Counted from the stretch's first letter, positions 28,679-38,269 are shown. The stretch: DNA of 64,000 nt from an uncultured Synergistaceae bacterium (GCA_964422205.1 CAYRAI010000004.1:8417-72416); one strand, 5' to 3'. Notes: a model not told the origin generated them from the sequence alone. A program made the numbers and translations.

Positions 28679-29997
28679 CTGACAACCGCCTCCTTAATAA
28701 CCGAGACAAGAGTCTCTATCTGTTCCGCGGTATTCATCTCGGTGGCGCACCAGAGGATGCGGCCTTCCACTGGGAGGCCTCCCAAAATATTTTTCTCCTC
28801 AAGAGCGGACATCAGCTTCTCGGGGCATATCGGAGACGAAGTTACAAACTCGTGGAAGAATTCGCCGGAATTTACAAGGTCAAAACCGGGCAGAGCCGTA
28901 ATTCGTTCCGCAAGATAGTGAGCGTTGGCGAAGCAGGCTTCAGCCGCGTCTCTCATGCCGCGCGGCCCCATTGCAGCCATGTAGACGGAGGCGGTGAGAG
29001 CGCAGAGAGCTTCGTTTGAGCAGATGTTGGATGAGGCCTTTTCTCTCCGTATGTGCTGTTCGCGGGCCTGAAGGGTAAGAACAAAGCAGCGTCTGCCCTC
29101 CGAGTCAGAGGTCTGTCCCACTATGCGCCCTGGCAGTTTGCGCTGCATCTTTTCAACACAGGCCATGAAGCCAAGGTAAGGGCCTCCGAAGGACATAGGA
29201 ATACCGAGAGGCTGTCCCTCACCCACTGCTATGTCAGCTCCGCACTCTGCGGGAGTCTTTACAATAGCCGCGGCTATGGGATTTATGCCCATGATGAATT
29301 TAGCTCCTGCCGTGTGAGCTATATCAGCTATTGCTTTGCAGTCTTCCAGCATTCCGCTGAAACTCGGCTGCTGAGCATATACGCATGAAGTTGTGTCATC
29401 CAGAGCGTTTTTCAAAGCATCCAAGTCTGTTTTTCCGTTCTTAGCAGGCACGACAGCACACTCAGCGCCTGAGCCTAGGCAATATGTTTTTATAACTTTT
29501 ATTGTGTTTGGGTGGGAGGCTCCCGAGACTAAAACTTTGAAACGCTTGCGGTCATGGCACATAGCGGCAGCTTCAGCCGCTGCGGAAGCTCCGTCATAGA
29601 CGGAGGCGTTTGAAGCATCCATGCCTGTAAGCTCGCATATCATAGTCTGGTACTCAAATATCGACTGCAATATACCCTGGCTTATCTCCGACTGGTAGGG
29701 AGTGTAGGCTGTCACAAACTCTTCTTTTGAGGTGACGCGCTTTACTATTGACGGAATATAGTGGCTGTAGGAGCCTGCTCCGCGGAATATTGCATCAAAT
29801 ACTTTATTCTTATCAGATGTGGCCTGCATAAAAGCCCGCAGCTCCATCTCAGATATTCCGCTCGGTATGTTCAATGCTCCCTCTTCAAGGCGCATATTTT
29901 CAGGCACATCGCGGTACAGAGCCTCAAATGAAGGCACTCCTACCGCTTTTAGCATTAAAGACCGCTGTTCCGCGGTCGATGGGACATAGCTGCCCAT
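28675..29997 (-). CDS. gcvPA: Glycine dehydrogenase (decarboxylating) subunit 1
   Basis: 440 aa; typical P-protein alpha-subunit sequence (TAYTPYQSEISQG). Confidence 0.95.
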   Translation of the reverse strand: MGSYVPSTAEQRSLMLKAVGVPSFEALYRDVPENMRLEEGALNIPSGISEMELRAFMQATSDKNKVFDAIFRGAGSYSHYIPSIVKRVTSKEEFVTAYTPYQSEISQGILQSIFEYQTMICELTGMDASNASVYDGASAAAEAAAMCHDRKRFKVLVSGASHPNTIKVIKTYCLGSGAECAVVPAKNGKTDLDALKNALDDTTSCVYAQQPSFSGMLEDCKAIADIAHTAGAKFIMGINPIAAAIVKTPAECGADIAVGEGQPLGIPMSFGGPYLGFMACVEKMQRKLPGRIVGQTSDSEGRRCFVLTLQAREQHIRREKASSNICSNEALCALTASVYMAAMGPRGMRDAAEACFANAHYLAERITALPGFDLVNSGEFFHEFVTSSPICPEKLMSALEEKNILGGLPVEGRILWCATEMNTAEQIETLVSVIKEAVVR

Positions 29998-30035
29998 TAG
30001 GAATCAATCCTTTCTGCTTTTACTGCCTCTTTGAT

Positions 30036-30413
30036 TTAGAGCTCGGCGCAGTATTTTTTGTACTCTTCGGCATCCATCAGTTCGCCGTAAGAGGTGATGT
30101 CCTCAACTTTGACAAACCATGCATCATAAGGAGCTTCGTTTACCTTCTGAGGATTGTCCGCCAAGTCTCCGTTGACTTCGGCTATCTTTCCAGTTACGCC
30201 GGAGAAAATGTCGGAGACGGCTTTTACGCTCTCCACGTCGCAGAATGCTTCTCCTGCTGTTACAGTGTCGCCCTCTTCCGGAAGGTTAATGAATACAAGC
30301 TCTCCGAGCTGATCCTGTGCATAGTCGTCAAGGCCGATAAGAGCGGCTGAGCCTCCGAGATCCTTGACCCATTCGTGTGACTTTGTGTACTTTAACTCGC
30401 TTCTGATTTCCAT
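30036..30413 (-). CDS. gcvH: Glycine cleavage system H protein
   Basis: 125 aa; lipoyl-lysine motif VESVKAVSD. Confidence 0.95.
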   Translation of the reverse strand: MEIRSELKYTKSHEWVKDLGGSAALIGLDDYAQDQLGELVFINLPEEGDTVTAGEAFCDVESVKAVSDIFSGVTGKIAEVNGDLADNPQKVNEAPYDAWFVKVEDITSYGELMDAEEYKKYCAEL

Positions 30414-30441
30414 AATAAAATCCTCCTTGAGATAGTATTTT

Positions 30442-31533
30442 TTACTTTAGAACAGGAATTTCGCGCGCCGTGTTATAGAAAGGCAGGGGGACAATTTCTA
30501 CGGGAACTCTTCTGCCTCTGACATCAACTTCAAACTTGTTTCCTATTTCCGCTTTTTCCGTATCAATAAATGCCATGCCCGCACTTGCGTTGAGCCATGC
30601 CATAAATGTTCCCGAAGATACGAAGCCTATTAGCGTCTCTCCGTCATAGATATCCTGCTGCTCACGGATAACTCCGCGTCCTATGACCTTTACTCCGACT
30701 CTCTTCTTTGACGGTGTTCCCCGTTTAATAAGGCCCGACTTGCCTATAAAATCTGCCTTATCCATCTTCACTGCGAAATCAAGTCCCGCTGCTATCGGGT
30801 CTATAATCTCGGATATTTCATGTCCGTATAGGGGAAGAGCTGCTTCCGTGCGCAGTGTGTCGCGCGAGCCCAAGCCGCATGGCTCCACTCCTATCTCAAG
30901 CAGAGCCCTCCAAACAGCGGGGGCTCCTTCGTTAGGCATAAAGAGCTCATAGCCGAATGAGCCTGTATAGCCTGTGCGTGATATAAAACAGTCCACTCCC
31001 GCGATAATGACGTGTTCACTGAAGGTGTAATACTTAACAGGGAGAGGCGTGCCGCTGACAATGCTCTCCATTCTGAGAGACTCCGGCCCCTGAACTGCTA
31101 TCTGAGAGTAGGAGTCGCACATATCGGTAAGGGATACATTTCCTATCAAGTGGCTGCGTATCCACTCAACATCCTTGGCTGCGTTGGAAGCGTTTATGAC
31201 AACGTAATAGCTGTCTTCAGAGCGTCTGTAGACTATCAAATCATCGATACAGCCTCCGTTTTCATAGAGCATAACGGAATAGCGGCAGCTTCCGTCCTTC
31301 ATGCTGTCAAAGCTGTTGCTGAAAAGATTGTTGACATTCATAAGGGCATCCGGTCCCTCCAGCAGGACTTCACCCATGTGGCTGCAGTCAAACATTCCCG
31401 AGTGTTCACGGACTATCATGTGCTCTTCTAGGATACCCTTCTTAAACTGAACAGGGAGCAGGTGCCCCGCAAAAGGAACCATCTTGCCTCCGAGTTCAAC
31501 GTGAAGGTCGTACAAAGCTGTCTTGCGTTCCAT
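30442..31533 (-). CDS. gcvT: Aminomethyltransferase (glycine cleavage T protein)
   Basis: MERKTALYDLHVELGGKMVPFAG; AGAGGAGGAA SD before ATG 31533 (the track ORF extends 54 nt further). Confidence 0.95.
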   Translation of the reverse strand: MERKTALYDLHVELGGKMVPFAGHLLPVQFKKGILEEHMIVREHSGMFDCSHMGEVLLEGPDALMNVNNLFSNSFDSMKDGSCRYSVMLYENGGCIDDLIVYRRSEDSYYVVINASNAAKDVEWIRSHLIGNVSLTDMCDSYSQIAVQGPESLRMESIVSGTPLPVKYYTFSEHVIIAGVDCFISRTGYTGSFGYELFMPNEGAPAVWRALLEIGVEPCGLGSRDTLRTEAALPLYGHEISEIIDPIAAGLDFAVKMDKADFIGKSGLIKRGTPSKKRVGVKVIGRGVIREQQDIYDGETLIGFVSSGTFMAWLNASAGMAFIDTEKAEIGNKFEVDVRGRRVPVEIVPLPFYNTAREIPVLK

Positions 31534-31564
31534 AAATCTTTTCCTCCTCTGTAAATATAAGATG

Positions 31565-31606
31565 CAAAAACGGACACACTCCCACATATTCGGGCGCGTG
31601 TCCGTC
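31565..31606 (-). terminator. Intrinsic terminator inside the gcvT leader (candidate attenuator)
   Basis: Minus strand ACGGACAC...GTGTCCGT (plus 31598-31605 / 31570-31577), extended by inner GC pairs, followed by UUUUU; it ends about 30 nt before the gcvT RBS. Confidence 0.7.
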
Positions 31607-31781
31607 TCTTTGGAAATCCACGGATAAAAGAACTCTCTGCTGCGTATGGTGCGTGTGTTTCTGACGCTCTTTCCGAGAGCTTCGACCTGCTTCGGAAAGA
31701 AGAGAAATCCCTTGCGCTTACGCCGTTTCGATCTTTCTTATTCTCTTTTAATTTTATCTATTTACTATTGCCTTTAGAAAT

Positions 31782-32399
31782 TTATTCTGCCGCCTGTTCC
31801 GAAACACTGCTTCTGTCAGTTACGCGGAAGAACTTCTTATCCGCCGCTGTCTTTGCCATCACGATATGTCCTTCGGCCGTAGGATGAAGTCCGTCCGAAA
31901 GGTACGCCCTATCCCATCCAAAAGTCTCTGCAAATTTTTCATAAGACGAAGCGAAATCAACGGTTCTGAGCCTGAGTTCCGATGCAAAGAGCCTCAGCCA
32001 CTCTGAGTAAAAACTCATCTGCGCCGATGCCGTTTTTATGTCTAAAAATGATTTATATGAGGAAGGAGCGTATGGAGATATTGGAAGAGGAACGCCGATT
32101 ACCGGCTTCACTCCGCGTGATACGCACTGATGAACCATAGCCATAATATTGGGTTTTGCGCATTCCCAAGAGCCGCAGGATAGAATATCGTTGGTTCCTC
32201 CCATGATAAGAGCAGCATCGGGATTATGAGAAAAGACACTCTTGTCAAGCCTTGCAAGCATTCCGCCCGTTGTATCTCCGCAGATACCGGCATTAATCCA
32301 AAGGTGCCCGGTCATGACCGAAAGCAGTTCTACCCATGACTCTTCCCTGCTCACACCGTACCCGGCCGTAATACTGCATCCCAGACAGACAATTCTCAT
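31782..32399 (-). CDS. SGNH/GDSL-family hydrolase
   Basis: Block I LGCSITAGYG, block III GGTND, block V DGLHP. Confidence 0.75.
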   Translation of the reverse strand: MRIVCLGCSITAGYGVSREESWVELLSVMTGHLWINAGICGDTTGGMLARLDKSVFSHNPDAALIMGGTNDILSCGSWECAKPNIMAMVHQCVSRGVKPVIGVPLPISPYAPSSYKSFLDIKTASAQMSFYSEWLRLFASELRLRTVDFASSYEKFAETFGWDRAYLSDGLHPTAEGHIVMAKTAADKKFFRVTDRSSVSEQAAE

Positions 32400-32633
32400 A
32401 GCTTCGCCTCCGCTTTGATATATCGATGTATGTCAAAAAAAAGAAGCTGAAATAAGGCAGATGCCAACGTGTTTTCTTGTTCTACCAACCTGTTTGATAA
32501 AATTTTAACAAAGTATTGTTTTTTGGGAAGATACTCTTAATATATAAGGCATTATATAAATTGATATACCCTCAATAAAAGTATATGGAGAAATTTTATT
32601 TAAGAAATATAGAGAATATTATGAATGTCTATA

Positions 32634-32672
32634 AAAAATAAAAGAGCGGGAGAAAAACTCCCGCTCTTTTTA
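32634..32672. terminator. Bidirectional terminator after the hydrogenase operon
   Basis: AGAGCGGGAG (32643-32652) / CTCCCGCTCT (32658-32667) with flanking A- and T-runs. Confidence 0.8.
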
Positions 32673-32696
32673 TTCGTTGATGAAAGGTGTTTAAGT

Positions 32697-34442
32697 TTAC
32701 AGATCTCTGGGCTGAGCTTTGTAGTGAGTATGGAGAAGGTGGTGCGACTTTTCTCCGAGAGGCTTGCCGAGCCACTTGTCGTAGAGAGCGATGATGTCGG
32801 GGTTCTTGTGTGACTGGCGCAGTGTCGAAGCTTCGTCATCGCGGTATATTGCCGCTGTACGGGCCGCGCGGATGTCCGCATTGACAGGCTGGGGCTGTCC
32901 GCCTCCGCCGATGCAGCCGCCGGGGCATGCCATGACTTCGATGAAGTGGTAGTCAGCCTCTCCGGCGCGCACTTTATCCATGAGGATGCGTGCGTTCTTC
33001 AGCGTGTGAGCAACAGCAAGCTTGACTGTGACCGTTTCGCCGTTGATGGGGACATCGACTGTTGCTTCTTTGATGCCTTCCATACCGCGCACAGGCGAGA
33101 AGATGATTCCGGGGATGTCTTTGCCTTCGTTGAGAACCGCGTAGACAGTGCGCAGAGCGGCTTCCATAACTCCTCCGGTGACTCCGAATATTACGCCCGC
33201 TCCTGTTGAGCCTCCGAGAGGACTGTCGTACTGTTCTTCGGGAAGGTTCTTAAAGTCGATTCCGGCGTTCTTTATCATTCTTGCGAGTTCTCTTGTTGTG
33301 AGAACTGTGTCAACATCGGGGATTCCGGGGTTGCTCTGGAGCTGCGGGCGTACACATTCGGACTTCTTGGCTGTGCAGGGCATTATCGAGACGCTGTAGA
33401 TGTTCTCTACGGGGATTCCCTGTGTTTCGGGCCAGTATGTCTTTGTGAGAGCGCCGAACATTCCCTGAGGCGACTTGGCTGATGAGAGGTGATCCAAGAG
33501 GTCGGGGTACTTCATTTCGATGAAGTTGATCCAGCCCGGTGAGCAGGATGTGATCATGGGCAGAACTCCGCCGTTAAGAACGCGGTGGAGGAATTCGTGT
33601 CCTTCTTCCATGATTGTGAGGTCTGCGCTGAAGTCAGTGTCGAATACCTTGTCAAAGCCGAGACGGCGCAGAGCTGCGACCATCTTGCCTGTGACTATCT
33701 GACCTGCGGGAAGTCCGAGAGCTTCGCCCAATGCTACTCTTGTGGCGGGAGCTGTCTGGACTATTGTGTACTTTTCCTTGTCTGCGAGTGCGGCGAATAC
33801 TTTCTCTGTGTCGTCCTTTTCGCAGATAGCCGCTGTCGGGCAGACTGCAGCGCACTGTCCGCACAGTGTGCAGACCGCATCTCCGAGTCCGAGTCCGAAG
33901 GCGGGTTCGACCAATGTCTTAAAGCCGCGGTTTACAAAAGCGTAGACATCAAGTCCCTGACGCTCATGGCACGCTCTGATGCAGCGGCCGCAGAGTATGC
34001 ACTTGTTCGGGTCGCGGACAAGGCTGGGGTTGTCTCTATCTTTAAGGGCATTGCGTTTTTCGCCTGTATAGGGAATTTCGCGGATGCCGAGGTCTGCCGC
34101 TAGAGCCTGAAGTTCGCAGTCCTGGTTTTTCTGGCATGTGAGGCATTCCTGCGGGTGGTTCGCAAGAAGAAGTTCCACTACAGCTTTGCGTGTTTCGCGT
34201 ATCGCTGGTGTGTTTGTATGGACAACCATATTGTCGGAGACGGGATATACGCATGCGGCTCCGAAAGCGCGCGCGCCCTCTATCTCTACAACGCAGACGC
34301 GGCACGCTCCTTCTTTGGTCAGCTCGGGGTGGTAGCAGAGCTGAGGAATGCGGATTCCGGCCACGGCAGCTGCTTCGATTACAGTGTAATCGTTCGGCAC
34401 TGATACTGTTTTGCCGTCAATAGTAACCTTAACGAGTTCCAT
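32697..34442 (-). CDS. hndD: [FeFe]-hydrogenase catalytic subunit (HndD/HydA type: 2Fe-2S + 4Fe-4S N-terminal domains, H-cluster domain, small-subunit-like tail)
   Basis: Motifs TSCSPGW, MPCTAKKSE and EVMACPGGCIGGGGQP. ATG 34442 (MELVKVTIDGK) has an SD; the track ORF starts 21 nt upstream at GTG. Confidence 0.9.
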   Translation of the reverse strand: MELVKVTIDGKTVSVPNDYTVIEAAAVAGIRIPQLCYHPELTKEGACRVCVVEIEGARAFGAACVYPVSDNMVVHTNTPAIRETRKAVVELLLANHPQECLTCQKNQDCELQALAADLGIREIPYTGEKRNALKDRDNPSLVRDPNKCILCGRCIRACHERQGLDVYAFVNRGFKTLVEPAFGLGLGDAVCTLCGQCAAVCPTAAICEKDDTEKVFAALADKEKYTIVQTAPATRVALGEALGLPAGQIVTGKMVAALRRLGFDKVFDTDFSADLTIMEEGHEFLHRVLNGGVLPMITSCSPGWINFIEMKYPDLLDHLSSAKSPQGMFGALTKTYWPETQGIPVENIYSVSIMPCTAKKSECVRPQLQSNPGIPDVDTVLTTRELARMIKNAGIDFKNLPEEQYDSPLGGSTGAGVIFGVTGGVMEAALRTVYAVLNEGKDIPGIIFSPVRGMEGIKEATVDVPINGETVTVKLAVAHTLKNARILMDKVRAGEADYHFIEVMACPGGCIGGGGQPQPVNADIRAARTAAIYRDDEASTLRQSHKNPDIIALYDKWLGKPLGEKSHHLLHTHYKAQPRDL

Positions 34443-34470
34443 ATTTATGTTCTCCCCTTCCACTGCTAAG

Positions 34471-36261
34471 CTAACCGCGAATTATGGCTTTGAATGGGCA
34501 CTTGCTCATGCATGCGCCGCACTTAATGCACTTTGCGGGGTCGATTGTGTGCAGTCCTTTGACTTCACCGGAGATTGCGTCCACAGGGCACTGCTTTTTG
34601 CAGAGTCCGCAGCCTTTGCAGGCTTCTGTAATCTTGTAGCCGATAAGGGCTGTGCATGCGCCTGCGGGGCATCTCTTTTCCTTTATGTGAGCCTCATATT
34701 CGTCTCTGAAGTAGCGGAGTGTCGAAAGTATGGGGTTCGGTGCCGTCTGGCCGAGCGCGCAGAGAGCACCTGCTTTTATGGACTTGGCGAGTTTTTCGAG
34801 CTTTTCGATGTCGCCTTCCTGTCCTCTGCCCTCTGTGATGGCTGTGAGCATTTCAAGCATACGCTTTGTTCCTTCACGGCACGGTGTGCACTTGCCGCAG
34901 GATTCGGACTGTGTGAAGTTGAGGAAGAACTTTGCTACGTCAACCATGCATGTGTCCTCGTCCATTACGACGAGTCCGCCTGATCCCATCATTGCGCCTG
35001 CGGCGATGAGTGAGTCATAGTCAACAGATGTGTCAAGGAGGCGCTCAGGCATACATCCGCCCGACGGCCCGCCTATCTGGACGGCCTTGAACTTCTTGCC
35101 TCCGATTATACCTCCGCCGATATCGTAGATAATCTCACGCATTGTAATTCCCATCGGAACTTCGGCGAGACCTGTGTTGTTAATTTTTCCCGTAAGGGCG
35201 AATACCTTTGTACCCTTTGACTTCTCTGTTCCGAGCTTGGCGTATTCCTCTGCTCCGACGCGGAAGATGTAGGGGATATTTGCGAATGTTTCAACGTTGT
35301 TGATGTTTGACGGCTTGCCCCAGAGTCCCTTTACAGCGGGGAACGGAGGACGCGGGCGCGGCATTCCGCGCTGGCCTTCGATTGATGCCATGAGTGCGGT
35401 TTCTTCTCCGCAGACAAAAGCTCCGGCTCCTTCTTTGATGTGGAGGGTGCAGCTGAAGTTTGTGCCAAGAATGTTTTTCCCCAGCAGCCCGGCTTCCTCA
35501 GCCTGAGCTATTGCGTTCTTCAGACGCTTAATGGCAAGGGGATACTCGGCGCGGCAGTAGATGTAGCCTTCATCCGCTCCGATGGCGTATGCGCCTATAA
35601 TCATGCCTTCGAGTATCGCATGTGGGTCGCCTTCAAGAAGCGAACGGTCCATGAATGCGCCCGGGTCGCCTTCGTCGGCATTGCATATGATGTATTTCTT
35701 CGGGCCAGGTGACTTCTGGCAGAAGCCCCACTTCATGCCTGTCGGGAAGCCGCCGCCGCCGCGTCCGCGCAGACCTGTCTTTTTCATCTCTTCGACAACC
35801 TGCTCCGGTGTCATTTCGAGAAGAACTTTGGCAAGGCCTTCGTATCCGTCGGCGCCTATGTATTCTTCGAGTGAATCGGGGTTGATGTGTCCGCAGTTCT
35901 TGAGGACAAGGCGGTGCTGTTTTTTGTAGAATGAAATTTCGTCATAGCTCGGAACCTGTTTTGCTGTTGTGGGTTCCTTGTAAAGAAGACGAGAGACAAT
36001 GCGTCCCTTGAGAAGGTGTGTTTCGACTATTTCCGCTACATCTTCGGGCTGTACTCTTGTGTAGAATGTTCCTTCGGGATATATGATAACAAGCGGGCCG
36101 CATTCGCAGAAACCGTGGCATCCTGTCTCTACCAGACTTACTTCTTTGTCGAGTCCTTTAACTTTGAGTTCATCAACAAACTTTGCAAGAACTTTTTTTG
36201 CTCCGGAGGATGTGCATCCTGTACCGGTGCAGATAAGAACGTGCGCTCTGACGAGAGCCAT
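34471..36261 (-). CDS. hndC: NuoF-like FMN/NAD(P)H-binding iron-sulfur flavoprotein subunit of the hydrogenase
   Basis: 596 aa; GLRGRGGGGFPTG FMN motif, SESCGKCTPCREG N3-cluster motif, N-terminal thioredoxin-like 2Fe-2S and C-terminal 2x[4Fe-4S]. Confidence 0.9.
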   Translation of the reverse strand: MALVRAHVLICTGTGCTSSGAKKVLAKFVDELKVKGLDKEVSLVETGCHGFCECGPLVIIYPEGTFYTRVQPEDVAEIVETHLLKGRIVSRLLYKEPTTAKQVPSYDEISFYKKQHRLVLKNCGHINPDSLEEYIGADGYEGLAKVLLEMTPEQVVEEMKKTGLRGRGGGGFPTGMKWGFCQKSPGPKKYIICNADEGDPGAFMDRSLLEGDPHAILEGMIIGAYAIGADEGYIYCRAEYPLAIKRLKNAIAQAEEAGLLGKNILGTNFSCTLHIKEGAGAFVCGEETALMASIEGQRGMPRPRPPFPAVKGLWGKPSNINNVETFANIPYIFRVGAEEYAKLGTEKSKGTKVFALTGKINNTGLAEVPMGITMREIIYDIGGGIIGGKKFKAVQIGGPSGGCMPERLLDTSVDYDSLIAAGAMMGSGGLVVMDEDTCMVDVAKFFLNFTQSESCGKCTPCREGTKRMLEMLTAITEGRGQEGDIEKLEKLAKSIKAGALCALGQTAPNPILSTLRYFRDEYEAHIKEKRCPAGACTALIGYKITEACKGCGLCKKQCPVDAISGEVKGLHTIDPAKCIKCGACMSKCPFKAIIRG

Positions 36262-36280
36262 TTAAATTCCTCCTTCCGGA

Positions 36281-36658
36281 CTAATCTTTGTTGGGGATCT
36301 TAGCTACCACAAGATCCTCTACAACGATTCCGTTTACAAGATGGTCAGCTATAATGCGCGGTACGTCCTCGGGCTTTACTGGGCCGTATGTTACTCTGTC
36401 CTCGCCCGGGCGAACTATATCGAGAAGGGGTTCCTTCTGGCACATGCCGATACATCCTGTCTGAAGGACGGCAACATTGTGAAGGCCGCGCTTGGAAAGC
36501 TCCTCAAGCACCGCCGCCATGACACCGCGGGCGCCTGCGGCTATTCCGCATGTTCCCATTCCGATAATTACTTGGGTTTCGTTATGTTTTCTGGCTTCTG
36601 TCTCTTTCTGTGACTCGGCCTTTATTTTGCGGAGATCCGCCAAATTCTTTATTACCAT
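36281..36658 (-). CDS. hndB: Small thioredoxin-like [2Fe-2S] ferredoxin subunit
   Basis: 125 aa; MGTCGIAAGA...GCIGMC pattern; position as in hndABCD. Confidence 0.8.
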   Translation of the reverse strand: MVIKNLADLRKIKAESQKETEARKHNETQVIIGMGTCGIAAGARGVMAAVLEELSKRGLHNVAVLQTGCIGMCQKEPLLDIVRPGEDRVTYGPVKPEDVPRIIADHLVNGIVVEDLVVAKIPNKD

Positions 36659-36691
36659 AATTTATTCCTCCCTTTCTTCCTCTGCCTGAAG

Positions 36692-37168
36692 TTATGCGTA
36701 TTTGTCCAGGATAGGGCCGACTGACTCGGGAGTGAGCCTGCCATGAGTATCATCATTAACCATAAATACCGGTGCCAAGCCGCAGGCTCCTATGCAGGCG
36801 ACAGTTTCCAGAGTAAATTTAAGATCCGGTGTTGTTGCCTGTCCGTCCTTGAGTCCGAGCTTTTCTTTAATTGATACCAAGACTGCTTTCGCTCCGCGGA
36901 CGTGGCATGCAGTTCCCTGACAGGAACGGATAATATTTTCTCCGCGCGGCGCGAGATGGAACTGCGCGTAGAATGTTACAACTCCGTAAATCTGGCTTAT
37001 TGGAACATCAATTTCCTTGCTGATATGGACCAGGACATCCTTCGGAAGATATCCGAAAATATCCTGTGCCTGCTGAAGCACGGGGATTACACTGCCCTTC
37101 GTGCCGCGGTATTTGTCGAGGAGAACAGCTAGCTGCTCCCACGCCTTTTCCGACGATTTCTCCACCAT
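36692..37168 (-). CDS. hndA: NuoE-like [2Fe-2S] subunit of the hydrogenase
   Basis: CQGTACHVRG...CIGACGLAP motif; AAGGAGGG SD 8 nt before ATG 37168. Confidence 0.85.
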   Translation of the reverse strand: MVEKSSEKAWEQLAVLLDKYRGTKGSVIPVLQQAQDIFGYLPKDVLVHISKEIDVPISQIYGVVTFYAQFHLAPRGENIIRSCQGTACHVRGAKAVLVSIKEKLGLKDGQATTPDLKFTLETVACIGACGLAPVFMVNDDTHGRLTPESVGPILDKYA

Positions 37169-37782
37169 AAAAAGCACCCTCCTTGTTGTTTTCCGAGGGC
37201 CCTCCAGCCCCGGGAAAATTAAAAAATGATGACCAGTGCGGTATTGCTGATAACAGACTATGCCCGACGGCAGTTAATGCTGTTTGGTAAAGCTTGAGAA
37301 ATTCTGCGCAAAGCAAGTTTATTATAGCTCTCAATATACAGGTATAGCAACAGTCAATTACAAGTTTTGGATGAATTTGTCAATCTTTTTAGCGCAAAAG
37401 TATAAAATTTAAATATCCAGAATATTTTGTTATTATGGGGCAAAAGTACGAGATGTTGATTTTACAATTTTTTAAGAAATTAATATTAAATAAGACAACA
37501 CTATTGGCTTAATATGCTTCTATTACACAAAATATAGCGGATACGGAGGTTTTTGCATTGTCTATGATTGTATAGTTTTTTCTGAAAAAATATATCAATA
37601 TTATTTTTTTATCTGTGTTTGATTGCTGGGTTTTGCAAATTTTGAAAAAAGTTCATTTAACTGATTTTTTTTGTATGCATAGTTTATGTTTGTGCTTATA
37701 ATATATTGGATTTTTTTTATTCGGGACTCCGTTGGGGGGAGTTTTGGTTTTTTGCTGTTATCAAATGAAGGGGGACGAATTT

Positions 37783-38256
37783 ATGAATATAGATGCAGAG
37801 ACGGCAGCAGAAGCGGCAAGAAGAATAGCCGCTGAGTGGAAGGGGAAAAAGGGCGGAGTGATACCGATTCTTCAGGGCATTCAGCATGAGTTCGGTTATC
37901 TGCCGGAAGCTGCAATGGAAGCGGTCTCGGCTGAAACAAAGGTGCCTCTTGCCGAACTTTACGGAGTAGCTACTTTTTACGCTCAGTTCCATTTGTCTCC
38001 GAGAGGCAAGCATATTGTGCGAGTATGCCGCGGCACGGCATGTCACGTTCGCGGCAGCCTCGGAATATTTAATAAGATAAAGAATGATATGGGCCTTACG
38101 GACGAAAAACTGACGACAGATGATTTCCGCTTTACCGTTGAGCCTGTCGCATGTATCGGAGCATGCGGGCTCGCTCCTGTGCTTATGGTTGACGATGAGA
38201 CGCACGGACGGCTGACTTTGGAGAATGTTTCGGGCATTCTCTCAAAGTACGAGTAA
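37783..38256 (+). CDS. Second NuoE-like [2Fe-2S] protein, first gene of the fdh operon
   Basis: CRGTACHVRG...CIGACGLAP; about half the core positions are identical to HndA by eye; AAGGGGGA SD before ATG 37783. Confidence 0.85.
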   Translation: MNIDAETAAEAARRIAAEWKGKKGGVIPILQGIQHEFGYLPEAAMEAVSAETKVPLAELYGVATFYAQFHLSPRGKHIVRVCRGTACHVRGSLGIFNKIKNDMGLTDEKLTTDDFRFTVEPVACIGACGLAPVLMVDDETHGRLTLENVSGILSKYE

Positions 38257-38269
38257 CGGAGGAGATGAT

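Noticed and set aside
31534-31781. Calling the gcvT leader a glycine riboswitch by context alone
   Set aside because: The GGAGAG, ACCGAAGGGGCAA and CUCAGGCAAAAGGAC cores are not present on either strand. I report it only as an unexplained attenuator-containing leader.
37178-37782. Moco riboswitch or other structured RNA in the AT-rich spacer between the hnd and fdh operons
   Set aside because: The sequence is low-complexity and AT-rich, typical of divergent promoters. A TATAAT box at 37697-37702 leaves only a ~80-nt leader, with a weak 5-bp (+G-U) hairpin and T6 (37723-37753). That is too short for a Moco aptamer.
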